Source: Octopus sinensis
Lineage: Eukaryota
Length of the DNA stretch: 64,000 nucleotides
Direction of reading: 5' to 3'
Assembly: GCF_006345805.1 (NCBI RefSeq)
Contig: NC_043023.1
Coordinates: forward strand, 10,044,001 to 10,108,000
In this document: one piece after another, positions 63,066 to 64,000 of the stretch
How the letters are laid out: every line of letters starts with the position of its first letter
Numbering within the stretch: the first letter of the stretch is position 1
Position numbers and translations under genes: made by a program
The notes under the pieces: generated by a model
Seen by the model: only the letters and a program-made list of their open reading frames with translations
The model's database searches: none
Told to the model about the DNA's origin: nothing

Positions 63066-63183
63066 GCGCGGCTGTAATGTATATATATATAGGTTTTTAT
63101 GCGTTTAATTGAACACGAGTGTATATTTAATGTAATTGTTAAGTGAATGTCTGTGATGTTTTATGTTTTTTTCTTCCTTTCAG

Positions 63184-63340
63184 CCGTAAAATTGATGCTG
63201 TGGCCTTCTTAGTTTCCAGGGGAGCAAATGTTAATAAGCAGGACTCATGGGGCAACACACCTCTACATCGGGCTGTGAGGAAGAACTATGAAGATGTAGT
63301 CAAAGTCCTGTTAAGTAGCAAAGGAAATAACATTTTACAG
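63184..63340 (+). CDS. Ankyrin-repeat protein, exon 3 (gene likely continues beyond the window)
   Basis: TTTCAG|C...CAG|GTTAGC; AG+C completes a Ser codon; RKIDAVAFLVSRGANVNKQDSWGNTPLHRAVRKNYEDVVKVLL. Confidence 0.92.
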
Positions 63341-64000
63341 GTTAGCGAATACATTTATATTTGTGTATATAGATATGTATATATATGTATGTGTGTGTTA
63401 TATGTATATGATATATACATACAGTTTAGTGCCCCAAATTTCGTTTCTTCATAACTGATGATTCATATTATTTTAAATAAAACTTGCTGCAAGACTTCCT
63501 TTTCTACCCCACAAAAAAACCACCCTTTCTTTAAATTTTTTTCCCCGACACAAATCCCGCTTTTCGGTTAAGGGAAATACGAATCTGCAAAAAAATTGGC
63601 AAAAATCGGCATTTTTAAATTACCCCCACCCTCATTTCCTTCATTCTTTACTTTTTTCACAATTTTTTTTTTCAGAATTTGCGGAAAAATACGGAGATGA
63701 TGATTCGGACAAAAATTTCAAAACATTTCTGTAGTTAGGGTTAGGGTTAGTGTTGGGGGAAAAAAGTCAAAGTTGAAGAATTTTGGAGGGGGTGGAAATT
63801 CCACTGCCGATTTTTTGGCAATTTTCCGGAACCTCCGTGTCCGAAATCGGGGGGTTTTTGGCAAAAAAATTCTTTAAATAAACAAATTTATGAGAAAATA
63901 GCGGTGGTGGTGGGGGAACTCTTTCAAAAGTTGCTCATTTCCTTGTGTGAGAGTGTATATATATGGATGTGAGAGTATATATATATATATATGTGTGTGT

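Overview
AT-rich, microsatellite- and transposon-dense eukaryotic DNA. The zinc-finger linker style ([17 protein letters not shown]), SINE families and (TA)n load point to a coleoid cephalopod, most likely Octopus; this is my recognition, not a database result. The left half (1-25 kb) is a C2H2 zinc-finger cluster. ZNF-1 (+, 12 fingers, in-frame TGA) and ZNF-2 (+, 18 fingers) are tandem duplicates. ZNF-3 (-, 10 repeats) and ZNF-4 (-, 7 fingers) follow, and fossil fingers lie downstream of two of the stop codons plus one orphan fragment. The right end carries three phase-compatible exons of an ankyrin-repeat gene (+). The rest is mobile-element debris: tRNA-derived SINEs, RTE-tailed short elements, RTE and CR1/L2 LINEs, Penelope-like relics, a Gypsy 5' end, piggyBac, Tc1 and mariner fragments, MITEs, a Helitron-like element and a ~4.2 kb-period tandem duplication. 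The most unusual signal is a set of five (TA)n-anchored fold-back hairpins with shared geometry (four have 15-17 nt spacers), together with several type I hammerhead ribozyme motifs, two with a complete core. Hammerheads in Penelope-like elements are known; whether this fold-back architecture has been described I cannot verify. No CRISPR array, rRNA or genuine tRNA gene was found.
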